From Marsupella aquatica (Eukaryota > Plantae > Marchantiophyta), in contig OZ316898.1 of assembly GCA_973895155.1 (NCBI GenBank), forward strand, positions 19,479,292-19,543,291: DNA of 64,000 nt. The letters run 5' to 3'. Each line of letters opens with the position of its first letter. Within the stretch, counting starts at the first letter, position 1. Both the position numbers and the translations under genes were made by a program. The notes under the pieces were generated by a model, which was not told where the DNA came from, did not search any database, and saw only the letters and a list, made by a program, of their open reading frames with translations. This document shows, one piece after another, positions 38,948-51,504 of this stretch.

Positions 38948-41769
38948 GCATAAACAGGTTTGACCCCTAAACAGACGTCATGGATGTTCCACTTGAGAAC
39001 AGCCAAGTTTCACTTACAGATTAGTTACTACAGAAGATGACTGTGTACTATTATCCAATCACACTATTGCAGTGGTCTTCTTCACCTATCATTTGCTTAG
39101 TCTGGAGTTTGCATCACCCCTCTTCATTTTGGTTTGGTGTTTGACTCCTTGGACCTCTTTCGCTTTTATTCTATAGTACTTTGTTTGGCCCTCTTTTACC
39201 TGCCGAGAAATTTGGATTGTAGAGTGCATATTGGCAAAAAGCAATCGTCTGCTACCAGCTCTAGCTCGGGAATGATACATACTTCTCCTTCAATCAAGCA
39301 ACTTGAAGGTGAACAAAAAGAAATACAGAAACATCCCAATGGAGGAAAGAAAACAGGGGAGAATCAGTGCACCCAAAGTACACTTGATCCCGCACTTGAT
39401 GCCAAATCAGATATCAGAATACACTCACCTTCTTGCCACTCTTTTTTTAAAGAGATATATTTTCATTCTTTTTAGTGTAATTATTATTCTGCAATGTTTT
39501 CACTGCTTGTTAAGCAAAGTAACTTGAGTTGGCTTGTAACGATTGAGAGTCACTGTGAAATGGTCATCCATCTCCTCATCTTAGTTACCCAACACCCTTT
39601 CTAACCCTTAATGTTGGGTAGGGTCTCTTCCCTTTCCCACTTTCCCCTACCCCAAACCGCTCTGCCCTCTCCTGCATTGATTGCTTGACTCCCCTCGGCC
39701 CCTGACCGAGGGGGTGGACAAGGGGAAATGACGTGAGCCATATGAGTACAAGTAGCAGTATTACATTGCTAACTAAATGACATTGCTTGTTCATTGCTGG
39801 AACTGTAACATTGTAGTAAATATACTAGTCTAAGAATTAGTGGCAAAGTCTTACTAATAAAGCGCAATGCAAAGTTACTTTCATGTGCTACTGTCTATGT
39901 AGACGTAACTCTCAATAGGACAAAACTGAAAAGTGAAGGTGGACAAAACTGAAAAAGGGATAGGAGCAAAAATTAACCAAGTGACATTGACTCTAAATAT
40001 GGACAAAACAAAGAGTGACTCTCAATAGAAGTGAGGGTGAAAAAAAGAAGAAGGATGGAGGCAATGATGAACACCAGCATTGCTTGGCAAGAAATGTTTT
40101 TGTCTTCATCTCTATTTTCTTTCAAAGAACGGGTAATAAGGATAGTATAACAAAAAAATTAAGAATGGCGTCGAAGTAAATCTTAGTAATTTAGGATACC
40201 CACCTTACTAATATGATGCAGGCCCGTTGCTGGAATGCTTGGGCTTGCTCATTGGCAAGTTCCCTTTGAAAATTATAATAATTTCAATTGATGTAGACTG
40301 GAAGATAATGTAATTAATCCGTGGACCCCAATGTTATTTTAGAGTCAATTATCTAGAAACTGAAGCAAAGGGGCCAATTTAAAAACACTAAAAAGGAGAC
40401 TTGTCCATTTTTTGGAAATTTTTTCTTTAGAGGATGATTTATTTTCTAGTTTGAATATAATTATAATGTAAATAAAACGGTAGTAGGAGCAGTTTAACTT
40501 CAATCTTTTCATCTTTTGATTTTCATGTCAGTTTTTTACATTCTCTTTTATGGCATGGTGTCCCAATTTTTACAAAGAAGTTGCCACAAACACGAATGCA
40601 GAAGTTCATTTTATCCCAAAACAAATCTCTTTGTGTTTGGAGCATGTCATGATGATGTGGCAAGTTGTGGAGCCAGGAATTTGGAAAGGACCCCTAATGG
40701 GGGTCCCTAAATACGACTTGGAGAGAATAATATACTTTTTGACGAAAATAATAAATGAAGAAATAGTGTCCCGCCTCTTGTTTTTCTAATGCCCCAAATA
40801 CACTACACTGCAACGACAACTCCAATCATAGATTGGGAGGACCCACTAATTGATGGCACTTTGTAGGGTTGTTTGGCAAGCTGACATCGAGATTTTAGTT
40901 CCTTTTGACTACCTTGCCAACTGACGATGGCACTTTATGCTTGGATGGGTGTACATTCGCCTCTCTGGCACGTTCTAGGAAAGAAGCATCTGGTGTGTAC
41001 TTTAACAAGGGTTTGTACTAAGTCTGAAGAGCAGTGACTTGAAAATTTGCATTTATGACAAAAACATACAATCATGCCACTACATGCAACATTTTGGGCC
41101 CTATTTGAGTCCTAATTTTGGTGACTTCTTTCCTAAATGGCACATCCCTGTCCAAAATGTGGTCCCCTCCTTAATCAGGGTAATTTCTACTCTATGTAAA
41201 CATAAAAAACACTTATTAATAAGGTAGTTGAAGGAAATTGCCCAGGTAATTCATGAGCTTATTCATAAGTGTTCATACAAGCATAGGAGTTTGCATTTAT
41301 GTACATGAGGTTTAGTGCAGCCCTCTTGCACTTAAAAAAAATACAAAGAAGTGCAAAATGGTCAAGGGGGAAAGGGAAGAAATGCATCCCTTCGAATTAG
41401 CCAGGGTTTTCAATTATGGATATTGCACTTTAGACAAGTGGACACCATGATGAGCTGACATTTGAAATTTTAGTCGTGGTCAAGTTGTATGCCACTTTTT
41501 CATACAGAATCAACTACAGTAGTAATCATGAACTGTATCCACTATACAGTCTGTTGGGCAAGTTGGGTGTCTGGTAGGGCCACTTTGGGATGTCATGAAC
41601 GGTGGTCCTTAATTAAGGACCCTGGATTAGATATATGGGCAGGTCTGTGGCTCAGTCCCTATCGTCCCACCGACCCAATGACGTATCAATGAACAGGTGC
41701 AAACCTCTATACCCCGGTTTGGACTTGTCGGACAAATAGACAAATTTACGAAGACAAATGACAAATGTC

Positions 41770-42200
41770 GTCCCGGTCGATCCCGGTCGGGTGACAAGGC
41801 TGGGCCGGGAGAAAATCGAGCCGGGACCGGGAAGGGAGGGAAAGGAGGTAACCCCGGGCCGGGAATGGTGGGAGCCCCGGTCCGGGCCGGGACGGGAAAA
41901 TGGCCGGGAAGGAGGGAGCCCCGGGCCGGGAAGGAAATGAAAACGGAAAGCCGGGAAGGAGGGAGCCCTCGGGCCGGGCCGGGAGGCAAACCGGGCCGGG
42001 AGGGGGGGACCGGGCCGGGGAGGGGTGGGTGGGGCGAGCCGGGCCGGGAGGGGTGGGAGGGGTGGGTGGGGTGGGCCGGGGAGGCGCGGGAGGCGAGCCG
42101 GGGCGGGGATTAGGGTTTCCCTCCTTAGGGTTTCAATTAGGGTGCGGCCGGGAGCTTAGGGAGCCGGGAGCCGGGAGGTGAGGCGAGGCGGGAGCCGGGG
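41770..42200 (+). repeat. Left GC-rich subterminal array (GGGCCGGGA/CCGG motifs)
   Basis: Dozens of CCGG/GCCGGG words, G-rich on the plus strand. Confidence 0.85.
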
Positions 42201-42314
42201 GGCATAAAAGGTGGAAGAGGAGGTGAGGAGAGGTCATTGTGTGTGGAGGAGTGGAGGAGGAGTGGAGGAGGAGTGGAGGAGTGGTGGAGGAGGAGTGTGG
42301 AGGAGTATAGAGGT
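42111..42314 (+). promoter_or_regulatory. Putative left-arm promoter and leader exon of the hAT element
   Basis: Telo-boxes TAGGGTTT (42111, 42126), CATAAAAG (42203-42210), GGA-rich leader, donor AG|GTAAG at 42313 followed by a T-rich intron-like tract; mirrored on the right arm. Confidence 0.55.
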
Positions 42315-43205
42315 AAGATTTTTTGAGTTTTATGTTTTGTTATGGTTTATGCTTTTATTTATGTTTTGATTTTTGTTATAATGGATGTTTTGATTTTTGT
42401 TTTGTTTTATATTATGATGTAAATTTTGATTTTTGTTTTGAATGTATATATATTGTTTTGAATGTATGTATGTAATTTTGGAATATATGAATATAATTTT
42501 GGAATAAATGTATGTATTTTGTTTATATGGTGTATGTTGTTTGTGTTTTGATTATGTGCTAATTCTAAAATCTAAAATTTTGTTTGTACCCTAAACCTAA
42601 AACCATAAACAAGCCCTAAACCATAAAACAAGCCCTAAACCATAAAAAAAATGAATTTTAGATTAATGGAGAGATATAAAGAGATTCCTGTGCGCGCGTG
42701 TTTAGAGCTTCGGCTCAGCATGGGATATTTCGTACAAAAGTCTTTTAATATCACCTTAACAATTTATCATTATTTGCAAATTGAGTGAAAGATTTTTGGA
42801 GATAGAGAAACCCATGTACGCAAGCTTGGAGCTTTGTCTCGGCATGTGATATTTTACATGGGTGTCACGATTCTTCGAAATTCTTTTCACTCAATTGGTA
42901 AATGATTGATAAATTATAGCTATCACATAGATCCAAGTAGGAATGTCGGAACTGTGAAAGAAAAGAAAACTTTTGTGCACGTGCTTGGAGCTTAGGCTCG
43001 GCATGGGATAATTCACAAATGTGTTCTCCCTTCTTTTATCGTTATGACATTCAAAAGATTAATAAAAATAAATTGCAATCAAATCCAGAAACAATAATCT
43101 AGTGCGTAATAATCACGTGAATCCGTGATTCTCAGGGTATATGTGGACAGTTGATTGAGTGGGTAAGGTTGTACTCATCTCACACACCATTCTTGTGAAG
43201 CCACA

Positions 43206-45341
43206 ATGGACTCGACTAGTCGAGTAGAATACAGGCAGTTGCTAGAAACGATTACTAGGGTTCTTGATGAGGGGGCTGAACCGGATCATGTGGCCCTCCA
43301 AGCACTCAGGAATGCACGAAATACTCTTGAGTATAAACCAATTGCTGGCAAACTCAGTGGGAAGAAGAAACGAAGAGGGGGCAATGTTGAGGTGAAACAG
43401 GTTCGCTTTAATACAGTAGTGGCGATCTGGAAAGGAATATTACATCGTTACACTCAACCTAAGCAATATGAGGAGAATGTGTTCGAAATGGATTTTACAA
43501 GGCACGGTCTAAAAGGATACAAGAAGTTTGTGAACGAGATCACTTGTTGTATGCGTGAAAGTGTAGAGGATGAAGACACTTTCACACGGGAACAGAAGGA
43601 TGCATTTGTACTTGAGTGTGAGAAAGCAGGAGGATTCATTGACAACTTGGCTGTCAATTTGGAGTTCAATATTTGGGATTTGATGGTGGCCAAATTAAAC
43701 TTGGATGATACTACAATGCTTGGAAATCCTGGAATGTTTAAGCACAAGAGGGACTTGTTATCAACTTGGAGTAAAGAGTTGGCAATGGCAAAAGCTGAAA
43801 GTAACGTCAAATATGTAAACAAGGTGATGCAGTTTGGAGATGTGAGTATCAGAAGCGATGGAAAAGGAACACGCCCATCACGTGTACTTCCGGATGTGAG
43901 GAGTATCCATTTCTTGAAGCCTGAGCAAGTGCAAAATGCTCATTCCATCGGGAAAGGTGTGCAAGGGGAGGTGTACCCTTGTCACGTATTAGATTGCCCT
44001 CTTATTCCGAAGAATGTCACACTAGTGGCAAAAAGATTCAAAAAAGGAGATAAGCAAAAGAGGAGGACAGATGCACTACAAGAAATGCTTATGGGAGGAC
44101 TAAATCACAAAAGAATTGTTGGGGCTTTGGCAATGACGATTGATGATCCACCAAGACTTGTGTATGATCATTACAATGGAGGTGATTTGGGAGGCTTCAT
44201 AGATAGATGTGGATTGTGGTCAAAGAACAAAGGGAAATCACAAGGTTCCTCCAACATTGATTTCAAGTTTGTTTCTGAAAAGAAACTCTTTCTGGAGAAT
44301 CTATTGGGAATTGCGTTGGCGCTGCTTGAGACGTTACAATATTTGCATGATCACAACCGATGTCATTGTGATCTTCACTTTGGAAATGTTCTTCTACATT
44401 TTGACTATGAAGATGATGTAGCCATCAAGGTGTATGTTGGCTTATGCAATTTTGGCTTGTCCAAACATAAGTCACAGTGCAGACTACCAGAGAATCGAAT
44501 GTGGTCTACTCCTGCAGATAAAGTTGTAGCCTATCAAAAACAATATCCTCAATTGGCTCCAGAGCTTGTTTCACCCACCCCCGGGTATGCAACTCCCCTT
44601 TTTATAAATCAAGTTTTTAATTCCTTATAATGACCCTATATCCTTAGACCATCTTAGATTTCATTTTAGTTTACTAAATTCTTGTACCTCTCAACTCAAG
44701 GAATCCAAAAATATAACTTAAAAAAAATTCTGAATATGTTTTGATGTATAAAAAGTTGATCAAAACTAGATTATATGACTTTTTTTTAATACAGGGGTCT
44801 ACAACCAAACTAGCCAGCTTTTTAGGATTTTTATTAAAATTTTAAAAATCTTTTAATAAAAACTACAACATGTATAGGGATATTTTTTAATTTCATATGG
44901 AAAAAGAAGAGAACCAAACCTTTTATATGACTTGAAAAATTTTTAAAGTGGAAAACCCAGCTTTTTTCAAATTTAAATAATTTTGTATAGCCAACTTTTT
45001 AGTCCATATAAAAATGTAGACCCCTGCCTATTATACAAGAGTTGCGTACCCGGGTGCCCACCCCAGTAGAGTATAGTGCTGCCACTGATATATATGTTTT
45101 GGGCAACATTTTTTAGAGTCTCTTTTTAGAGAATTGGGATGGAGCGTCCATGAGGACACGGTGGTTGGGTAGGGGTTGGAATACCTTGGAGCATGGTCCT
45201 AACTTGGAAGCAATGGTCCATGATATGATGTCCACCGAGGTGAAGAAAAGGCAAGAGTGTGCCTTTTGGAGTTTGAAGATAGTTCAGACATTCCCGGATT
45301 GTAGACTATTTGCCCAAAATAGTCCTTATCTTAGAGATTAG
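43206..45341 (+). pseudogene. Transposon-borne protein kinase with about 230-aa unknown N-terminal region, interrupted by a MITE
   Basis: IGKGVQGEVY (G-loop), LVAKRF, DALQE, HCDLHFGNVLL, CNFGLSK, QLAPEL. After removing 44580-45054 and one TSD the frame continues PTPVEYSAATDIYVLG (subdomain IX), TAG at 45114-45116, then MVHDMMSTEVKKR (XI) to the stop at 45341. Confidence 0.88.
44580..45054. mobile_element. 475-bp hAT-type MITE nested in the kinase gene
   Basis: 16-bp TIRs CCCGGGTATGCAACTC / GAGTTGCGTACCCGGG; 8-bp TSD CACCCACC (44572-44579) / TGCCCACC (45055-45062); AT-rich interior; homologs at 58667-59153 and 61533-62006. Confidence 0.92.
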
Positions 45342-45509
45342 AGATGAAACTTGACCCTCTAATTATTACATGAAGTCATTAAGTTATACACAATCAAATG
45401 GTTATTATAAAGTGATATGTATCTTATTTGTTTATATTGTTATGCCATGCCATTTCATGATATTTGGATTTGTTCTAAATATGTTTTTATGTTTGTAGAT
45501 CTTGCAATC

Positions 45510-47467
45510 ATGACGAAATGGAATTTGGATTCTGATGATGATGAAAAAGTTCCAAAAGACAAATATGCTCATTTATACATGCAAGACGCTCAAGATGCTT
45601 ATTACGATCACTTTGATCATGATATTCATGGAAACTCGCTATCTCCAACAAAAGGGTTGGAAGATGAGTCTGAACCCAATGCTTGTGACATTGGTACGGG
45701 CGACAAAAACTCCTTGCCAAATTCAACTAAGTTGGAGGATGAAAGTATCGATTTGGAGTGGAACATCACAATAGAAAATGTGAAATCTCCTCATCATGAA
45801 TGGCCGATCAACGCCAAAGAATTGGAGATTTTGATGCCCAAAGCAGAGTTTGGCAAATTTGTGAAAAAGCTATTTGACGATCCAGAAATGTGGACAACAA
45901 AATCTTGGTTACAGGATAAATTTACGATGTCTAGGCTAACACATCGAGATGCCGCCACACATTGGCAACAAAGATTTTGGGAATATGCTCCAAATAAGGC
46001 AAACGGGAAAGTTAGTTCTGCTTATCCTCCTTTTGTTCGATGTTTGATTGTCGAGTTCATTCTAAAATGGAAGGTGGATTATCATTGGGAAAACAACGAT
46101 GGCAAGGTGACCCATTCTGTGCATAAATCAGTGCATGCTATTGCAGCAAACAGAGGCAAAAGTGTAAAGAAGGATGTTCCAACCATGACCTCTAACAAGG
46201 GGTCCAAAAGAAAAATGGATGAGGCGCAGAAGGTGAATACACAACCAAAGGAGAAAGCAACATTTATCTCGCAATTCCTTGTGAAGCCTGAGCCAGCAAC
46301 CACACCAAGCAATGTGGAGTCTACCAACAACAAAAGACCAAACATTTCAGGGATTGGAAGCAGAACTCCACCTGTAATCAATATCGAACCTCCTAACAAG
46401 GAGAGGCTCAGCATGCAACATGTATGCAAGAGCTTGGGAGCAGAGATTGGTGATTTGCTTGAGAAGAATCTTCGCACAAAGTATGCTATCGAGCTTTGTG
46501 ATTCTGGCAGCATGGAAAGATACAAGGCAAAACTACAAGAGACCGATTTGAAGATACGATCACTAGAGAAGAGGCCCATGGAATCGGGGACCAATTCTGA
46601 GGTGATGTACTACAAGGCTCAATTATTTGACCAAATGAAGAAAATCCAGAAGTTGACTGAACAACTTTCCAACAAAGAAGGTCAAGCTAGTCAAGTGCTA
46701 GAACTTGAAAAGAAGAACAAAATCATCAAAGATCTTCAAAATCAGCTTGCATCTCAACAACTCATCATTACAAATTTGCACGAGGAGATAACCAATGTCA
46801 ACAATGGTGATTTGGGATGTGAGTCAAAAAAAGAAACATCCTCCGATTTTGTTCAAATGCAAATCATTGATCCTACAGGACACAACACCCTATTTTCCTG
46901 ATGTGGAGGCTAGTGCAGAAGGCATTGAGAAATATTTTGACAAGTGGAAGAAGGATGAAACTATGGCACCATTTGTTCGTGAAAAAGATGACAAGTGTAC
47001 TTGGTGCCTCTATCCTTGGGGCCCAGAATCTGTTTCCATGTTGGGAACTTGCGGACATATATGACATTGATCATGCTTGTTTGTTCAAATGGTTGAAGAA
47101 GAGCAGAAAATGTTGGTGTCGCACACCATTTCATGAACGTGAATATCAGCAACGAGGATTGTTGGACCAGATGCCATCAATGGAGACACAACAAGACACT
47201 AAAGAGACACAAGAGGGTCTAGTGATGACGCAAATAGATTCCACTCCCATTGAACACTTCACAATCAATGAGTATAATTTGTCAGATGGCAAATTTGACA
47301 GATTGCTCCTTAGTGGTCGATTCAATGAATGGAAAGAATATGCTGCAGCCAACCAGCCATCAATAGACGAGCAAAATATGCAACGATCTATTTGTCGCCA
47401 TCGACGACGTCAACAATAGGCAGAAGTGAAAGCAGAAGTTGTTGACATCAATGGAAAAAATGTTTGA
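45510..47467 (+). pseudogene. Transposon-borne protein with unknown N-terminal domain, coiled coil and RING-like zinc finger; frameshifted
   Basis: Long ORF 45417/45510-46901 with heptad-rich KAQLFDQMKKIQKLTEQL...IIKDLQNQLASQQLIITNLHEEI. Frameshift near 46890 into KCTWCLYPW...TCGH; frameshift near 47060 into DHACLFKWLKKSRKCWCRTPF; in-frame TAG at 47417-47419. Confidence 0.7.
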
Positions 47468-47902
47468 ATACAGTAGTCTCTAGATTTTCATGTAGTTACT
47501 ATTAGACACTTCTTTTTTCTTGGACGATTGTTTTCAAGTGTAATTGGTAAAGAAATAATGCAGTGGCATAATATATGACTTATCATGGAGTCACATTTTG
47601 GTGGAGCTCGTGTGTGATGTTTGTGGATTTACATTATAGATTATTTAACCATTTTTGTAGTATAAGTACCGTCAGAATTTAGGGTTTATCCCATGGGGAA
47701 TAAAGTTTAGACTAGGCACAAGGTAGATTTGAAATATCATTAAAAATGGATACAAATATCTGGTCCATAAACATTATTTTGCAAATCGTGACACTTATAA
47801 AACTCAATAACTTATATTCATGGCCAAAAAATATATGACATTCATTGTTATTGTCAGTAAAGACAATACAATAGTAACAAAGCATGCTAAACATAACATT
47901 TC

Positions 47903-50846
47903 TCAAGGCTGTGAAAGAAAATTCCTAGTGTTTTTGTTGTGATTTCGCTGCAAAGCTTGATTCCACTCTTCCTCTGCAGTCCATGCAACTGGGTCGCGAT
48001 TTTGCGGATGGACATTCCTTTGAGCTTGTTGAAATGATGATGTTCTTTGAAATTCACGATCAATAGGATTGTTGGATGTATATGGATTAGTCACAGTCTG
48101 ACCTCCATACTCATTGAAGATTGTAACAACTTCTTCCCATGGTGCACGTGTGTTGTTCAAAGATGTACCTTGAACATTATTTGGTTGTTGAAAAATAGCT
48201 GATCGCTTCCCTCTGAATGATGTCCTTGTGCTAGTGTGTTGTTGAACAAAGTATGAGCTACTTGGGTCGACATTATTGTGGACGTTCAATGATGGATAAG
48301 CCCAAGATGCGTTTGGTTGGAAAGATGTTGCAAAATCTGAATACAACGATGCATGATCTTCATCTTCAATCTGCGACTTGTCAATTGTAGGATATATCTC
48401 GAAATCCATTTCATTCTCCCAATCACCTGCATCACTTACATCTGTATCTGGTGGAAGACGAGTTAAGAAGTCACCCTCTTTATGTAATGATAATCCTTCC
48501 AAGGCTTCATCCGCATCATCAATTGCATCAAAATCTTCAACATCTTCTTGACCAAGGGCGGCACACGTTGCATCACACCCTTCATTCTGAGTCTGCTCAG
48601 TGGATAATGGCCTGACACCGTCATTTGTTGCTCTTCTTTCCTCATAACGTTGATATATAAACGTATGAAGATTTCTTACTTTTGTAAGCCCTTTCTCCAC
48701 TCTCATGTTTGTGAATACAAACACTAAATCCTTTGCTCGATCATTTGTCAATCTGTTGCGACTTGCAGAATGAATAAATCCATAAGAACTCCAGTTTCTT
48801 TCACACGCAGATGCGCACATTTTTTGGTGACAGATTTTTCTAGCCAAAACTCTTAAATCTAGATAATCAGCACCGTATGAATGCCACCACTCTCCTGGAC
48901 TTACTTGACCTATACTAGATTGGGCTCCTCTCATGGTTACTGTTGTGTTTGGTAATTTCTTTTGCGCATCAATTGCTTGCAATTGTATGGCAAAAATGAG
49001 TGCATTAACCTCACGATCATGGTTGACCCCTTCCTTCACCTTGTGTTCGGCATATCGGGCAATGTACTCACTGAAACCTCGACATAGTTCTCCATCTCCA
49101 GCAACATCTAGGTCTTCATCAAAAACATTTGAGGATTGATATATGCTGCAGCTAGCATAAAATCGGTGGTAAGAGATTCTCTTCGATCCATGTACACTTT
49201 TAATATCCTTGGCTTCAAGAACTCTGTTACCAATGGACATTCCTCCATGCTTGCCTTCAAATCAGTAATCCCTCTTTTCAAACTCCAATACAACCAGGCT
49301 GACTGAGGTGAAGCACCATCAAATTCGCGAAGCATCTTCACCTATGGAAGAAAGAAGTTCACTGTAGCTTTCACATCAGCCCAAAATTTATCTTGTTGTA
49401 TCCACCCTTTCAGTTCTTCTGCCTTGGCCCTTGTCATGTGCCCATTTAATTTTGCACACATAGGAAGTCTATCACGATAAGACTCCCATTTATCATCAAT
49501 GACCATTTGTTGCAAAGCTTCTCTTAGCTCCAATGCTCTTTGCGCCATGAGAAAATTTGTTGCAAATCTTGTTGCATTTGGATTTAGTAGTTTTTGTAAG
49601 TCAATTTTCTCACAAATACTGCGGAGAGCTTTTGGGACGATGAAACTGCTTTTACTATCCATCTCAAGCGTTTAAAAATGTTTTTGAATGGATTCTGTCT
49701 ACTCTCATCTAGCACTACATTCTTATGACCGCACATGTCTTCTAGCAACAAATTGAACACGTGGGCAGCACACCAACTCCAAGTGACATGTGGATATTTT
49801 TTCATGACTATCTCACAACCTACTACACGATTTGTAGGCGCACCATCAGTTACAATTTGAACGATGTGATCTGGACCAATGTCATCGATATATTTCAGCC
49901 ACATCTCTCCAAGATATTTTCCATCTTTCCTATCAGCTTGTGCCGCATTCCAACTATCCAAGAAAAAATCACCTTTAGAAGTCAACAACATGACGTTCAT
50001 CAAAGGTTCCCTACGAATGTTTTCCCATCCATCTGATGAAACAGAATAACCAAAAGGTTTTGTTTCCTTCATGATTTTGGTGATGTCTTTTGTGAGATCT
50101 TCCTTGGCTTCCTCCAACAACTTCATTCGCAAATTCCGCATAATGGGAAGAGAATATCCATTTACAATACCTTTTGAAGTCTCATGTACTGCTTCTCGAA
50201 AGTAAGGATTCTGTGAAACATTGAATGCAATACCACTTGTGTAGAAAGCTTTTGCCCAAAGCTTGTCCAAATACGCTCTATGTGGAATTTGATAAGCATC
50301 CATAATCGGGTTTGAAAGACTTCCTGCCCGAGCCATATGAGTCATATTTGACTCATTTTCCATTTGAAAATGGTTAGACTCTCGTGTGGATGCTTGTGAA
50401 TGGGAAGTTCCAATCTCTGGCCTGCGACCCCTGACATCCCGCAAGATATGGGTTCCATCCCTTTGTTTGTAGTTGATGTTTGATGGAACTTTGATGACAT
50501 TGTACATTCTGTTGATTTCATCCAACTCCACATGACCATACAGGCCTAGGCATAGTGGTGCATTCCCTTTGATGATGTTTCCCATCAAATGTGCTTTGGC
50601 TCGTGTTGCATGAAAAGTAATATATGTTTTACAAAACTTGCATTTTCGATACATACGGTTTGCATCATTAGATGTTGAAGGCGCATCACACTGTTCGAAA
50701 TATTTCCACACCGTAGAAAATTTTGCACCATGCTCTCGCGAATGATTTGCTCCATGCCTAGGGATAGTGGAACGATATCCAGATTCACCGGACTCATTGT
50801 CATCGGAAAAAATCATTGAAAAGAAAGATGTACATGCAGAATTCAA
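47903..50846 (-). pseudogene. hAT transposase (BED finger, DUF659/RNase H-like DDE, hATC dimerisation), disrupted
   Basis: VWKYF...CKFC...AHL (BED); SSDGW, VTDG, WCAAHVFNLLLED, TRFATNF, WWHSYG, SACERNWSSYGFIHSASRNRL. Two frameshifts (near 49630 and 49130) and an in-frame TAG at 49342-49344. Confidence 0.93.
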
Positions 50847-51504
50847 ATTCTGTAGTGTACCGTCAATAAAATGACAGTGTCATCTCCTCTCCAACGCACA
50901 CTGAACATACATAAATACAACAATACAAAATAAATATTTATTGTATACCAAACTTCATATAGCATATACAATGAACCCCAAGAATAATCACATTTCACAA
51001 CATTTTGAGTTCCCTAAATTTTATCATAGTATTTTTGTTGTTTTTATGTTTGGTTGTAACAAGTATAAAAGAGTAGGACACTTTGATGAATTACCACAAT
51101 CTGAGTCGAGACTCCAAGATTACGCACCATCGTTTCCTGATCTCTCATACTTGCTTACATCCCTACTTCGTCCTAAGTTATAGAATATCTATAACTTAAC
51201 AATCACTTCTTTATAAAGCAGAAATATTTTCAGGGAAATCGTGACACACATGTGAAATATCACAGACTGAGCCAAAGCTCCAAGCCTACGCACATGGATT
51301 TCTCTATCCTTTGAAATTTTTTTGCTTACTAAATAAATGACGTTAAGTTGTTAAGTTAATATATAGAACTCTTGTATGAAATATCCCGAGCCGAGCCAAG
51401 ACTCCAGACCCGCGCATACAAAAATTCATATATATTACTCCATTACAATTCACTAAGGAAAAACATTTCATTGTAAGACTCTAAAATTGAGAAGTATTGC
51501 AAAA

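Noticed and set aside
41627-42181. Gly/Pro-rich ORFs at the left end of the element
   Set aside because: Same artefact in the left GC-rich array; two of these ORFs cross the element boundary.
42588-42645. CCCTAAA telomere-like repeats as an interstitial telomere
   Set aside because: Few, degenerate and inside the element's leader intron; such words are common in plant TE arms.
44582-44630. ORF-track C-terminus of the kinase (GYATPLFINQVFNSL*)
   Set aside because: Read-through into the MITE; the real frame resumes at 45063.
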